From: an uncultured Gemmatimonadales bacterium
GTDB lineage: Bacteria > Gemmatimonadota > Gemmatimonadetes > Gemmatimonadales > GWC2-71-9
Direction of reading: 5' to 3'
Assembly: GCA_963825055.1 (NCBI GenBank)
Contig: CAWGSK010000034.1
Location: 1 to 64,000 of the forward strand
Length of the DNA stretch: 64,000 nt
A model generated the notes under the pieces. That model saw nothing but the letters and a program-made list of their open reading frames with translations, made no database searches and was not told the DNA's origin. Both the position numbers and the translations under genes were made by a program. Positions 1 to 10,110 of the stretch are shown one piece after another (position 1 is the first letter of the stretch; every line of letters begins with the position of its first letter).

Positions 1-94
1 GCGAGGCCATCCGGCATTTCGTTGAGGGAGACCGGAAGCCGGAGTCCACGGTCCGGAGCCAGGCCATGAGCGCCCTCAGGGCGTCGACCAGGGG

Positions 95-110
95 TGGCAC
101 CACATTTGCT
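95..110 (+). promoter_or_regulatory. sigma54 (-24/-12) promoter of the first GT operon
   Basis: TGGCAC-CACAT-TTGCT matches the TGGCAC-N5-TTGCW consensus, about 80 bp upstream of the ORF at 189. Confidence 0.8.
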
Positions 111-188
111 AACCCACGCTCCCAGTGGAAGATGAGATGGGGGCACGGGCCCCGCGAGCCTGTACACGGTGAACGTCTGGATGGATAG

Positions 189-659
189 ATGACGCTGGGC
201 GCGACACGGTCCGATCACCCCGGAGAGGATCTCGAAGGACGTCGGGGGCCTGCGGTGGCGGTGGTCCTTCCCGCCAGTGGACGGCAGGACCGGCTGGAGC
301 CTGCCCTCCGGCGGCTGCTGCCGGCCTGCCGGGACCTGGGCATCGAGGTCTGTGTTATCTGGCCCCAGGGCGCCGGGCCGGTTCACCGGACACTGGTCCG
401 TGACGGGCGCATCACCTTCCTTGCATCCCCGAGCCAGGCGACCGCCGACATGCGAGCCATGGCCGCGCGGGAACTCGGCGCCGACATCCTCATCTTCACG
501 GACGAGGATCGCGCCGTGCTCGAGAACTGGGACGACAGCCTGATGTACCGGTCCGGCCTCTTCATTCGCCGGACCTCGGGCGAGATCAACGTGGACTGGC
601 TGGCCCGGTTCGAATCCGAAGGGGTCTCGGACCCGGGACGGATGGCCCGCGGTGCCTGA
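189..659 (+). CDS. hypothetical protein, possibly a truncated or degenerate GT-A (GT2-like) fold
   Basis: VAVVLPA...RLLPAC...EVCVI...ADILIFTDED pattern resembles the N-terminal half of GT2; follows a sigma54 promoter and overlaps the next gene. Confidence 0.5.
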   Translation: MTLGATRSDHPGEDLEGRRGPAVAVVLPASGRQDRLEPALRRLLPACRDLGIEVCVIWPQGAGPVHRTLVRDGRITFLASPSQATADMRAMAARELGADILIFTDEDRAVLENWDDSLMYRSGLFIRRTSGEINVDWLARFESEGVSDPGRMARGA

Positions 660-1548
660 GCCGCAGCTCTCGGTCGTGGTCCCGTCGGTAAACGGGGCCG
701 GTGACCTGATCGGGTGCCTGGAAGCCCTGGAGCGACAGCGCGATGACGTGACGCTCGAGGTACTGGTGGCCGACCGCTGCGGCGACGGCCTGCGCCAGGC
801 GGTGCGCGAGCGCTTTCCGGACGTCACGGTTCTCGACGCCCCCGCGGGCACGACGATCCCCGACCTCCGGGCGATGGCGTTCGATGCCGCCTCGGGCGCT
901 TCGGTGGCCGTGATCGAGGACCATGTGATCGTCCCGCCGGGCTGGGCTCGCCAGTTGCTCGAGGCGCAGGCCCGCGGGGAGGACGTGGTGGGCGGTGCCG
1001 TCGAGAACGCGGCGAACCAGCGGGTCGTGGACTGGGCCGCGTTCCTCTGCGAGTACAGCCACCTGCTCCCGCCGCTTCCGGACGGGCCGTCGGACTGGCT
1101 CACGGGGAACAATACGGTCTACCGTCGCGCGCTCCTGGAGAAGTACCGCGAGGTAACGCGCGAAGGCCGCTGGGAAAACCACCTGCACGACGCGCTTCGG
1201 CGCGACGGGGTGACCCTCTACTGCCGTCCGGCGATCCGGGTCGGCCACAAGAAGCACTATACCGTCTGGGAGTACCTCTCCCAGCGCTACCTGTATTCGC
1301 GCTCCTATGCCGGGGCCCGTACTGCTGGAGCGCCGCTGGCCCGCCGGCTGGCCTGGGGGCTGGCCGCGATGGCCCTGCCGCCGGTCCTGTTCGGGCGGAC
1401 GGTGGCCCGGATCTGGCATAAGGGAGTGCATCGCGGCGAGCTGGTCCGGTCGCTGCCCCTTCTCGGGCTCTTCGTCACGGGGTGGGCCGCCGGGGAAGTG
1501 GTCGGGGCCTGGTTCGGCCCTGGCGACGCCCTGGCAAAGGTCTGTTGA
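652..1548 (+). CDS. glycosyltransferase family 2-like protein with C-terminal membrane segments
   Basis: LSVVVPSVN, LEVLVAD, VAVIEDH motifs; hydrophobic C-terminus. Confidence 0.8.
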   Translation: MPEPQLSVVVPSVNGAGDLIGCLEALERQRDDVTLEVLVADRCGDGLRQAVRERFPDVTVLDAPAGTTIPDLRAMAFDAASGASVAVIEDHVIVPPGWARQLLEAQARGEDVVGGAVENAANQRVVDWAAFLCEYSHLLPPLPDGPSDWLTGNNTVYRRALLEKYREVTREGRWENHLHDALRRDGVTLYCRPAIRVGHKKHYTVWEYLSQRYLYSRSYAGARTAGAPLARRLAWGLAAMALPPVLFGRTVARIWHKGVHRGELVRSLPLLGLFVTGWAAGEVVGAWFGPGDALAKVC

Positions 1549-1597
1549 GCAATCGGTCAATCGCGGTGCCGCCGGCGCCGCCCTGCATGGAGCAGCC

Positions 1598-3094
1598 ATG
1601 AACGAGTCACACCCCGAGGGGCCACGGAGCGTGGACCAGCTCGCGCCCGGCGATCACACGATCGTCATCGGCGGCGGGCCGGCGGGGCTCACGGCCGCCT
1701 ACCTCCTCTCGAAGGAGGGGCGCAAGGTGACCGTGCTCGAGGGCGACGACATGCTCGGTGGTATCTCGCGTACCGCGCAGTACAAGGGCTACCGGTTCGA
1801 CATCGGCGGGCACCGGTTCTTCACCAAGGTGGTTCCGGTCGAGGCGTTGTGGTACGAGATCCTGGGAGACGAGTTCATCTCGGTCCCCCGGATGTCGCGC
1901 ATTCATTACGACGGGAAGTTCTTCGACTACCCGCTGAAGGCCGCCAACGCCCTCAAGGGGCTCGGGATCTGGAATGCGATCCTGATCGTGCTGAGCTACC
2001 TCCGCTGGCACTTCTGGCCGAACCCGGTGGAGGAGAACTTCGAGCAGTGGGTCACCAACCGCTTCGGCAAGCGGCTCTACAAGATCTTCTTCAAGACGTA
2101 CACGGAAAAGGTCTGGGGCATTCCCTGCACCGAGATCCGCGCGGAATGGGCGGCACAGCGGATCCAGGGCCTCTCGCTCGCGCGCGCCATCATCTCGGCC
2201 GCCTCGCTCAACCGGCGCAGCACGAAGATCAAGTCGCTCATCAACGAGTTCCAGTATCCCCGCCTCGGCCCCGGCCAGATGTGGGACACCTGCGCGGCGC
2301 GCATCCGGGAGATGGGCAACGAGGTCCTGCTGCGGCACTACGCCGAAGCCATCGAGACCGAGAACGGTCGAGCGGTGGCGGTGCGGGTCCGCACCCCGGA
2401 CGGCGTCGTCCGGATGCCGTGCGACCACGTCATCTCCACCATGCCGGTCCGGACGCTGGTCCGTTCGCTTTCGCCGAAGCCGCCCGCTCCCGTGGTGGAG
2501 GCCGCCGAGGGGCTGGCCTATCGCGACTTCGTGGTGGTGGCGCTCATGCTCAAGGCCGAGAACCTCTTCCCGGACAACTGGATCTACATCCATACGCCGG
2601 GCGTGAAGGTCGGCCGGATCCAGAATTTCAACAACTGGAGCCAGGCGATGGTCCCGGAGCCGGGGACGACATGCCTCGGCCTCGAGTACTTCTGCTTCAA
2701 GGGTGACGGGCTGTGGGAGAGCCGGGACGAGGACCTGGTCGCCCTCGCGAAGAAGGAGCTCGGCGAACTCGGCCTGGTGGATACGAGCACCGTGTTCGAC
2801 GGGGCCGTCATCCGGATGCCCAAGGCGTACCCGATCTACGATTCCGCCTACCGCGGCCACCTGGACCGGGTCCGGGCGTTCGTCGACCCGATCCCGAACC
2901 TGCACACGGTCGGCCGGAACGGCATGCACAAGTACAACAACCAGGACCACTCCATGCTGACGGCGATGATGGCCGTCTGGAACATGCAGGGCGCACGGCA
3001 TGACATCTGGGCGGTGAACACGGACTTCGAGTACCACGAGGAACAGAAAGTCGAATCGGGAGAGCCCTCGGGGGCGGTCGCGGCGACCACCTGA
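1598..3094 (+). CDS. NAD(P)/FAD-dependent oxidoreductase (protoporphyrinogen-oxidase/UDP-galactopyranose-mutase-like fold, glycan-locus type)
   Basis: IVIGGGPAGLTAAY, FDIGGHRFF, GRNGMHKYNNQDHSM; start taken at ATG 1598 after GGAG rather than 1307. Confidence 0.8.
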   Translation: MNESHPEGPRSVDQLAPGDHTIVIGGGPAGLTAAYLLSKEGRKVTVLEGDDMLGGISRTAQYKGYRFDIGGHRFFTKVVPVEALWYEILGDEFISVPRMSRIHYDGKFFDYPLKAANALKGLGIWNAILIVLSYLRWHFWPNPVEENFEQWVTNRFGKRLYKIFFKTYTEKVWGIPCTEIRAEWAAQRIQGLSLARAIISAASLNRRSTKIKSLINEFQYPRLGPGQMWDTCAARIREMGNEVLLRHYAEAIETENGRAVAVRVRTPDGVVRMPCDHVISTMPVRTLVRSLSPKPPAPVVEAAEGLAYRDFVVVALMLKAENLFPDNWIYIHTPGVKVGRIQNFNNWSQAMVPEPGTTCLGLEYFCFKGDGLWESRDEDLVALAKKELGELGLVDTSTVFDGAVIRMPKAYPIYDSAYRGHLDRVRAFVDPIPNLHTVGRNGMHKYNNQDHSMLTAMMAVWNMQGARHDIWAVNTDFEYHEEQKVESGEPSGAVAATT

Positions 3095-3096
3095 GC

Positions 3097-4275
3097 ATGC
3101 GGATCGCCATCGATGCCACCTGCTGGGCCAACGGGCGTGGCTACGGGCGCTATACCCGCCAGGTGCTGCCGGAGCTGGCGCGGCTCGCGCCGGAGGACGA
3201 GTTCCTCTGCCTGCTCGACGCACGGGCGGACGCGGTGTTCGACCTCGACGCCCCGAACCTGCGCCGGGTGCTGGTGCCGCAGGCCCGGAGCCCGACCGAG
3301 GCGGCGGCCGCCGACGGCAGCCGTTCGCCCGCGGACATGCTGCGGTTGACGCGGGCCCTGTGGCGGCACCAGCCCGACGTGTTCTTCTCGCCGTCGGTGT
3401 ACACGTTCTTCCCCCTCCCGCCCGGGCTCCGGGCGGTCGTCACCGTGCACGACGCGATCGCCGAGCGATTCCCCGAGCTGACGCTGCCGTCGGCCCGGGC
3501 GAGACTGTTCTGGCGGATGAAGGTGGGCCTGGCCCTCCGGCAGGCGCGCCTGGTACTCACGGTGAGCGACTTCGCGCGGCAGGAAATCACCGAGGTCCTG
3601 CACGTGCGTCCCGAACGGATGCGGGTGGCGCTCGAGGCGCCGGCGCCCGCCTTCCGGCCGGTGGATGATCCCGCCGCCATCCGGGCCGCCGCCCGGCGGG
3701 CGGGGCTCCCCGACGGGGCGCGCTGGTTCATCTACGTGGGCGGCTTCAACCCGCACAAGTACGTGGACGTGCTCGTGCGGGCGCACGCCGAAGCGGTACG
3801 GCAGGCGGACGGGGACCCGCCCCACCTCGTGCTGGTGGGCGCGGTCTCGGGCGACCCGTTCCACGGGGCGCAGGGCGCCATCCGGCAGGCGATCGCCGAG
3901 GCCGGGACGGAACGGCTGGTGCACTGGGCGGGCTTCGTGGCCGACGAGGAACTCCGCTTCCTCCATGCCGGTGCGCTCGCCCTGGTGCTGGCCTCGGCCT
4001 GCGAGGGATTCGGCCTGCCCGCGGTGGAGGCAGCCGCGTGCGGGACGCCGGTGATCGCGACGACCGCGAGCCCGCTGCCCCAGATCCTGGAAGGCGGAGG
4101 GCACTTTGTCCGTCCCGGGCAGCAGGGCGAGGTGGCCGCGGCGATGCGCGCGATGATGCAGGACGAACCGGCGCGGCAGGCGCTGGGCCGGGAGGCCCTG
4201 CGGCGCGCGAGCGCCCTCAGCTGGCCCCGCACGGCGCGTGCGGTGCTGGACACGCTCTACGAGGCGGCGGCGTGA
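3097..4275 (+). CDS. glycosyltransferase family 4 (GT-B)
   Basis: MRIAID, VVTVHD, EGFGLPAVEAAACGTPVI. Confidence 0.9.
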   Translation: MRIAIDATCWANGRGYGRYTRQVLPELARLAPEDEFLCLLDARADAVFDLDAPNLRRVLVPQARSPTEAAAADGSRSPADMLRLTRALWRHQPDVFFSPSVYTFFPLPPGLRAVVTVHDAIAERFPELTLPSARARLFWRMKVGLALRQARLVLTVSDFARQEITEVLHVRPERMRVALEAPAPAFRPVDDPAAIRAAARRAGLPDGARWFIYVGGFNPHKYVDVLVRAHAEAVRQADGDPPHLVLVGAVSGDPFHGAQGAIRQAIAEAGTERLVHWAGFVADEELRFLHAGALALVLASACEGFGLPAVEAAACGTPVIATTASPLPQILEGGGHFVRPGQQGEVAAAMRAMMQDEPARQALGREALRRASALSWPRTARAVLDTLYEAAA

Positions 4276-5541
4276 GCGGGCTCCGGTTCGCGTTCCTGAC
4301 GACGTTCTACCCGCCGTACAACTTCGGCGGGGACGGCATCGGGATCCAGCGGCTGGCCCGCGGGCTCGCCCGCGCCGGGCACCACGTTACGGTCATTCAT
4401 GACGCGGATGCCTACCGGGTGCTGCATGCAGGGGCAGGAGCCGGCGCCCGCCGCGGAGGAGCCGGGCATCGAGGTCGTGTCGCTCCGGAGCGGGTCGCCC
4501 ATGCTGTCGACGCTGCTGACACAGCAGCTCGGCCGGCCGGTGGTGAACGGGCGGCGGATCGAGAGGTTGCTGGAGGAGGGGAACTTCGACGTGACGACGT
4601 TCCACAACGTGTCGCTCGTCGGTGGCCCGGGCCTCCTCAGGTACGGACGCGGGCTGACGCTCTACATGGCACACGAGCACTGGCTGGTCTGCCCTACCCA
4701 CGTGCTCTGGCGCTACCGGCGCGAGCGCTGCGACGGGCGGGAATGCGTGCGGTGCCAGCTCAGCTACCGGCGGCCGCCCCAGCTCTGGCGGCTCACCGGG
4801 TTGCTGGAGCGTGAACTGAAGCACGTGGACACGTTCATCGCGATGAGCGAGTTCAGCCGGGAGAAGCACCGGGAATTCGGGTTCCCGCGGGACATGGAAG
4901 TGCTGCCCTATTTCCTGCCCGACCCGGAACCGGGCGGGGCGGCGGTGGCCGGCCCGGCGCCGCACGAGCGGCCGTATTTCCTGTTCGTGGGCCGGCTGGA
5001 GAAGATCAAGGGGCTGGACGACGTGGTGCCGCTGTTCCGGGACTACCCGGACGCGGACCTGCTGATTGCGGGCGACGGGGAATACGCGGCCCGGCTGCGC
5101 GAGCTGGCTCGTGACATCCCGCGGGTGAAGTTCCTGGGACGGGTCTCGCCGGAGGAACTCCGGCGGTACTACCAGCACGCGATCGCCCTCGTGGTGCCCT
5201 CGGTCTGCTTCGAGACCTTCGGCATCATCCTGATCGAGGCGTTCCGGCAGGGCACGCCGGTCATCGCGCGGCGGCTCGGGCCGTTTCCCGAGATCGTGGA
5301 GGAAGCGGGGGGCGGGGAGCTGTTCACCACGCCGGAGGAACTCCGGGCGGCCATGCGCCGCCTGCAGGACGATCCGGCGTACCGGAAGGCTCGCGCGGAG
5401 TCCGGATACCGGGCCTACGTGGAGCGATACAGCGAGCAGGCTGTTGTGCCGCAGTTTCTGGATATCGTGCGCCGCACGGCCGTCCGCCGGAGGGCGGAGC
5501 GGGTCGTCGAGGCGCTGGGACCACTCGAGGTCGGGAGCTGA
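4272..5541 (+). CDS. glycosyltransferase family 4, split by a frameshift near 4430
   Basis: N-terminus GTG-SGLRFAFLTTFYPPYNFGGDG (frame of ORF 4038) continues in the frame of ORF 4399 (FVGRLEKIKG, ETFGIILIEA); GTGA overlap with the upstream gene. Confidence 0.8.
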
Positions 5542-5543
5542 TC

Positions 5544-6518
5544 ATGCGTGTCTTCATCACCGGCGGTGCCGGGTTCATCGGGTCGCACCTCTCCGAGCAG
5601 CTGCTCGACCGGGGGGACCGGGTCACCGTGCTGGACGATCTCTCGACCGGCGGCATGGAGAACATCGCCCACCTGGTCGGGCGGGAGGGGTTCGAGCACC
5701 GGGTTGGCTCGGCCATCGACGCCCCGCTCGTTTCCGAGCTGGTGGACACCGCGGACGTCACAGTGCATCTCGCGGCGGCGGTCGGGGTCCGGCTCATCGT
5801 CGAGCGGCCGGTGCACACCATCGAGACCAACGTCCGCGGCACGGAGGTCGTGCTCGCCGCCGCGGCCAAGAAGCGGAAGCTCGTGGTCCTGGCGTCCACC
5901 AGCGAGGTCTACGGCAAGGGGATCAAGATCCCGTTCACCGAGGATGACGACCTCAAGCTCGGTCCGACCATGCATTCCCGCTGGGCCTATGCCTGCAGCA
6001 AGGCGCTCGACGAGTGGCTCGCGCTGGCCTACCACCGCGAGAAGCGGGTGCCGGTGATCATCGCGCGGTTCTTCAACACCGTCGGGCCGCGACAGACCGG
6101 CCAGTACGGCATGGTGCTGCCGAACTTCGCCCAGCAGGCCCTCCAGGGCGAACCGATCCGGGTGTTCGGGTCCGGGGAGCAGTCCCGCTGCTTCGGCCAC
6201 GTGGCGGACGCGGTGGAGTCGATCATCCGGCTGATCCATACGCCGGCGGCCGTTGGCGAGGTGATCAATGTCGGCACCGACCGCGAGGTCACCATCAACC
6301 GCCTCGCCGAGATGGTGCGTGACGAGGCCCGGAGCGAGTCGGAGATCGTCCACGTGCCGTACAACGAGGCGTACGCGAAGGGGTTCGAGGACCTGGAGCG
6401 GCGGGTGCCCGATCCCTCGAAACTCGCGCGGCTCACCGGATTCGCCTTCAAGCGGACGCTCGAGGACATCATCGCCGATGTCGTGGCGGACCAGCGGGCC
6501 CGGCTGGCGGCCCGGTAA
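5544..6518 (+). CDS. NAD-dependent nucleotide-sugar epimerase/dehydratase (extended SDR)
   Basis: TGGAGFIGSHL, HLAA, STSEVYG, YACSK, RFFNTVGPRQ. Confidence 0.9.
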   Translation: MRVFITGGAGFIGSHLSEQLLDRGDRVTVLDDLSTGGMENIAHLVGREGFEHRVGSAIDAPLVSELVDTADVTVHLAAAVGVRLIVERPVHTIETNVRGTEVVLAAAAKKRKLVVLASTSEVYGKGIKIPFTEDDDLKLGPTMHSRWAYACSKALDEWLALAYHREKRVPVIIARFFNTVGPRQTGQYGMVLPNFAQQALQGEPIRVFGSGEQSRCFGHVADAVESIIRLIHTPAAVGEVINVGTDREVTINRLAEMVRDEARSESEIVHVPYNEAYAKGFEDLERRVPDPSKLARLTGFAFKRTLEDIIADVVADQRARLAAR

Positions 6519-6526
6519 CGGACGGA

Positions 6527-7276
6527 ATGCGCGCGATCCTCATGTATCACTCCATCGACGCGACCGGGTCGCCCATCTCGGTGGACCCCGCGACGTTCCG
6601 CGCCCACGTCGCGTGGCTGGCGCGCGGGCCGGTGCGGGTTCTCTCCGTGGCCGCCCTCGCGGCGGCGCGGGAGGACGAGGACGCCGTGGCACTCACGTTC
6701 GATGACGGATTCGCCAACCTCGAGACCGAGGCGGCGCCGCTGCTGGCCGACCATGACCTGCCGGCGACGGTGTACGTCGTGCCGGGCGCAGTGGGCGGGA
6801 CCAACGCGTGGGGCGGGCGTGATGCCCCGGGTATCCCGACGCTTCCGCTGCTCGACTGGGACGGGATCGGCCGCGTGAGGGAGAATGGGATGGAGGTCGG
6901 GGCGCACACGCGGACACACCGACGGCTCCCGGGCCTGCCCGGCGCCGCCCTGGAGGACGAGGTGGCCGGAAGCGGTGAGGCGATCGCCGCGGCCACCGGC
7001 GCCCGGCCCGCCACCTTCGCCTACCCCTACGGCGCGTACGACCGGGCGGCCGCCCGGTCGGTCGCGGCGCACTATGAATGGGGCGTGACCACCGACCTCC
7101 GGCCGCTCGGGCCGCGCGACGATGCCGCGCTCCTGCCGCGCCTCGATGCCTGGTACTTCCGCCGGCCGGGACGGCTGGAGGCCTGGGGCAGCGCCCGCTT
7201 CCGGTGGCGGCTCCGGGCGCGCGGGGCGGCCAGGCGCGTGCGGGAGACCTTCCGCCCGGCGGGGGGGCGCGCATGA
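6527..7276 (+). CDS. polysaccharide deacetylase (CE4/NodB-like)
   Basis: ILMYHSI, LTFDDG, GAHTRTH, FAYPYG. Confidence 0.9.
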   Translation: MRAILMYHSIDATGSPISVDPATFRAHVAWLARGPVRVLSVAALAAAREDEDAVALTFDDGFANLETEAAPLLADHDLPATVYVVPGAVGGTNAWGGRDAPGIPTLPLLDWDGIGRVRENGMEVGAHTRTHRRLPGLPGAALEDEVAGSGEAIAAATGARPATFAYPYGAYDRAAARSVAAHYEWGVTTDLRPLGPRDDAALLPRLDAWYFRRPGRLEAWGSARFRWRLRARGAARRVRETFRPAGGRA

Positions 7277-8375
7277 CCACCCCGTTCCTGTCCGTCATCG
7301 TGCCGGCATACAACGGCGCCGGCGTGCTGCCCCGCTGCATGGACGCGCTCATGGCCAGCGACTTCCCGCGCGACTGCTGGGAACTGGTCGTGGTGGATGA
7401 CGCGAGCACGGACGATACCGCGGCGATTGCCGCACCGTACGCCGACGCGATCGTGCGGCTGCCGGGCCGTCCGCACGGCCCGGCCTACGCCAGGAACCGC
7501 GGCTTCGAGGCCATCCGCGGTGACGTGGTCGTCTTTGTGGATGCCGACGTCTGCGTGCACCCCGACGCGCTCCGCCGCTTCGCCTGGCTCTTCGCGCGCG
7601 AACCGGACGTCGGCGCGGTATTCGGCTCCTATGACATGGCGCCGGCTGCCGGGGGGCTCATCTCGCAGTACCGGAACCTGCTGCACCACTACGTGCACCA
7701 CCAGAACCCCGGTGACGCCGAGACGTTCTGGGCCGGCTGCGGCGCGGTGCGGAGTGCGGTGTTCTCCGAAGTGGGGCACTTCGACGAGTGGCACTACGTG
7801 CGTCCCCAGATCGAGGACATCGAACTGGGCCACCGAATCCGCGAGCATGGCTACCGGATCCTCCTGGACCCTCCATCCAGGGCACCCACCTGAAGCGGTG
7901 GACCTTCCGGAACGTCGTCACCACCGATTTCCGCGACCGGGGCGTGCCCTGGACGCGGCTGCTGGTCCAGGGGGGTGGGCAGAGCCGCAACCAGGCCCTG
8001 AACCTCCAGACCACGGAGAAGGTGAAGGTGGCGCTGGTCTGGCTCGCCGTGCTCGGCGTGCTGGCCGGGCTCGTCCTGCGGGACGCGCGCGTCGCAGGCG
8101 GCGGCCTGGCGGCGCTGCTCCCCGTCCTGTGGCTGAGCCGGCACCTCTACGGGTTCTTCCAGCGGACGCGCGGCACGTGGTTCATGCTGCGGATCATGCC
8201 GTTGCACCTGTTGTACTACTTCCTGAACGGGATCAGCGTCATCTGGGGCGTGGTGCTGCATCACCTCGTCGGTGAACCCGCGCCGCCCCCCGACATCCAG
8301 GCCTTCTCGGAAGTCGGCGTCAAGAAATGGCCGCCGGTGCCCCGTCGGGCCCACGGCAGTCCCTGGCACCGCTGA
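7273..8375 (+). CDS. glycosyltransferase family 2, split by a frameshift near 7875
   Basis: LSVIVPAYN, VVDDASTD, FVDADV, IEDIELG in one frame; continues as SIQGTHLKRW plus TM helices in the frame of ORF 7788. Confidence 0.8.
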
Positions 8376-8433
8376 GTGATGCGGAATTCGTTGCCGTCCC
8401 CCGGACCGGATGGCATATTGGAGGCACCCTTTC

Positions 8434-8832
8434 ATGGCTGCTGAAGCGATGGAATACACACCTACGACGCTCGATCCGACGCCCCAGGCGTTCCGGCGCG
8501 CAATCGCCCTCGCCTTTGCGCCGCTTCACAAGCGTGCCTTCGGCCTCGCGATCGGCTCGGCCGCAGCGGTCGTCGTCTTCCTGGTGACGATCATCTACAT
8601 CCTCCGGGCTCCCGAGGACGGTTTTCAGCTCGGGCTCCTGAACCAGTACTTCGCCGGCTACAGCGTGAGCTTCGGCGGCGCGGTCGTGGGGGCGGCCTGG
8701 GCGTTCGTCAGCGGCTTCGTGGCGGGCTGGTTCCTCGCCTTCTGCCGCAACCTGGTTATCGCCGCCTCGATCTTCATCATCCGGGCGCGCTCCGAGATGG
8801 CACAGACCCGCGATTTCCTCGATCACATCTGA
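8434..8832 (+). CDS. small membrane protein (paralog of the next gene)
   Basis: GGAGG RBS before ATG 8434; 2-3 TM segments; RAFGLA..YFAGYSVSFGGAVVG. Confidence 0.7.
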   Translation: MAAEAMEYTPTTLDPTPQAFRRAIALAFAPLHKRAFGLAIGSAAAVVVFLVTIIYILRAPEDGFQLGLLNQYFAGYSVSFGGAVVGAAWAFVSGFVAGWFLAFCRNLVIAASIFIIRARSEMAQTRDFLDHI

Positions 8833-8845
8833 CCGGCGAGCCACC

Positions 8846-9160
8846 ATGGGGACCCGTATCATGGACCAGAACGAAGTTGACCTGAATTCCGCGATCCTGC
8901 GCCTCAACGGGCGCGCCTGGGGCCTCGCCTTCGGGCTGCTGCTCGGCGCCGGCCTCTTCATCGCGACCAACATCCTGGTCCTGAAGGGCGGCCCGCGCGT
9001 CGGGGAACACCTGCGCCTGCTCCGGGTCTTCTTTCCGGGCTACAGCGTCACGTTCCTCGGCAGCGTGATCGGCTTCATCTACGCCTTCGTCATCGGGTAT
9101 GGCCTCGGCCGCCTGATCGGTGCGGTCTACAACCGGATGGTTGGCTCGGGCGCGCGCTGA
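8846..9160 (+). CDS. small membrane protein (paralog of the previous gene)
   Basis: RAWGLAFG..FFPGYSVTFLGSVIG..YN; 2 TM segments. Confidence 0.7.
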   Translation: MGTRIMDQNEVDLNSAILRLNGRAWGLAFGLLLGAGLFIATNILVLKGGPRVGEHLRLLRVFFPGYSVTFLGSVIGFIYAFVIGYGLGRLIGAVYNRMVGSGAR

Positions 9161-9177
9161 GCCCCCATGCCCACCCG

Positions 9178-10110
9178 ATGACCGCCCTGAACTCCGAGCC
9201 CGCCCGGCCAGCGGCCGCTCCCCTCGCGCCCGCCGGCGCCGGGGTGCGCGACTACGTCCGGCTGCTGCGCCCGCGGCAATGGGTGAAGAACGGGTTCGTC
9301 CTGGCCCCGCTCCTGTTCAGCGGGCTGGGCACGAGCACGGGCGCCATCGTCAACGCGGCCGTCGGCTTCGTGATGTTCTGCATGGTGGCGAGCGCGGTCT
9401 ACACCTGGAACGACGTGTACGACCGGACGGCGGACCGGGCACATCCCACCAAGCGGAACCGCCCCGTGGCGTCGGGCCGCGTGACGGAACGGGCGGCGGT
9501 AACGCTCGGGGCGGCGTTGTGCGCGCTGGCGCTGGCGCTCGGCTGGCTGGTCCATCCGCCGCTGGTCGCGATCGCGGTGACCTACCTCGGCCTGAACCTG
9601 CTGTACACCTTCCGGCTCAAGCAGGTGGTGATCCTGGACGTGTTCTCGATTGCGGCGTTCTTCATCTTGCGACTGCTGGCGGGCGCCGTCGCGATCGACG
9701 TCCAGGCCAGTATCTGGCTGCTCACCTGTGGCGGGCTGCTCGCGCTCTACCTGGGCTTCGCCAAGCGGCGGCACGAGCTGGTGCTGCTGGGCGAAGGGTC
9801 GGCAGCGCACCGGACGGTCCTGACCGAGTACAGCCCGCACTTCCTCGACCAGATGTCGTCGGTCCTGCTCTCGGTGACCGTCGTCTCCTACATCCTGTAC
9901 ACCGTCTCGCCCGAGAAGGTGGCGGCGTACGGTTACCTGCTGGCCTACAGTTCCGTCTTCGTCCTGTACGGCGTCTTCCGCTACCTGTACCTCGTCCACC
10001 AGCGGGCGCAGGGAAGCCCCACCGAGGCGCTCCTGACCGACCGCGCACTCATCGTGGATGTCGGTCTCTGGATCCTATACTGCTTCTGGGTGCTGTACCG
10101 CCCCTTCTGA
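9178..10110 (+). CDS. UbiA-family polyprenyl-phosphate phosphoribosyltransferase (DPPR-synthase-like)
   Basis: LRPRQWVKN, YTWNDVYDRTADRAHPTKRNRPVASG, KRRHEL, FRYLYL, GSPTE are motifs typical of this subfamily. Confidence 0.88.
   Translation: MTALNSEPARPAAAPLAPAGAGVRDYVRLLRPRQWVKNGFVLAPLLFSGLGTSTGAIVNAAVGFVMFCMVASAVYTWNDVYDRTADRAHPTKRNRPVASGRVTERAAVTLGAALCALALALGWLVHPPLVAIAVTYLGLNLLYTFRLKQVVILDVFSIAAFFILRLLAGAVAIDVQASIWLLTCGGLLALYLGFAKRRHELVLLGEGSAAHRTVLTEYSPHFLDQMSSVLLSVTVVSYILYTVSPEKVAAYGYLLAYSSVFVLYGVFRYLYLVHQRAQGSPTEALLTDRALIVDVGLWILYCFWVLYRPF

Noticed and set aside
8411..8426. Possible sigma54 promoter TGGCATATTGGAGGCA
   Set aside because: The spacing fits, but the -12 element lacks TT and coincides with the GGAGG RBS of the gene at 8434
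8434..9160. Prophage holins
   Set aside because: No endolysin or any other phage gene in the window
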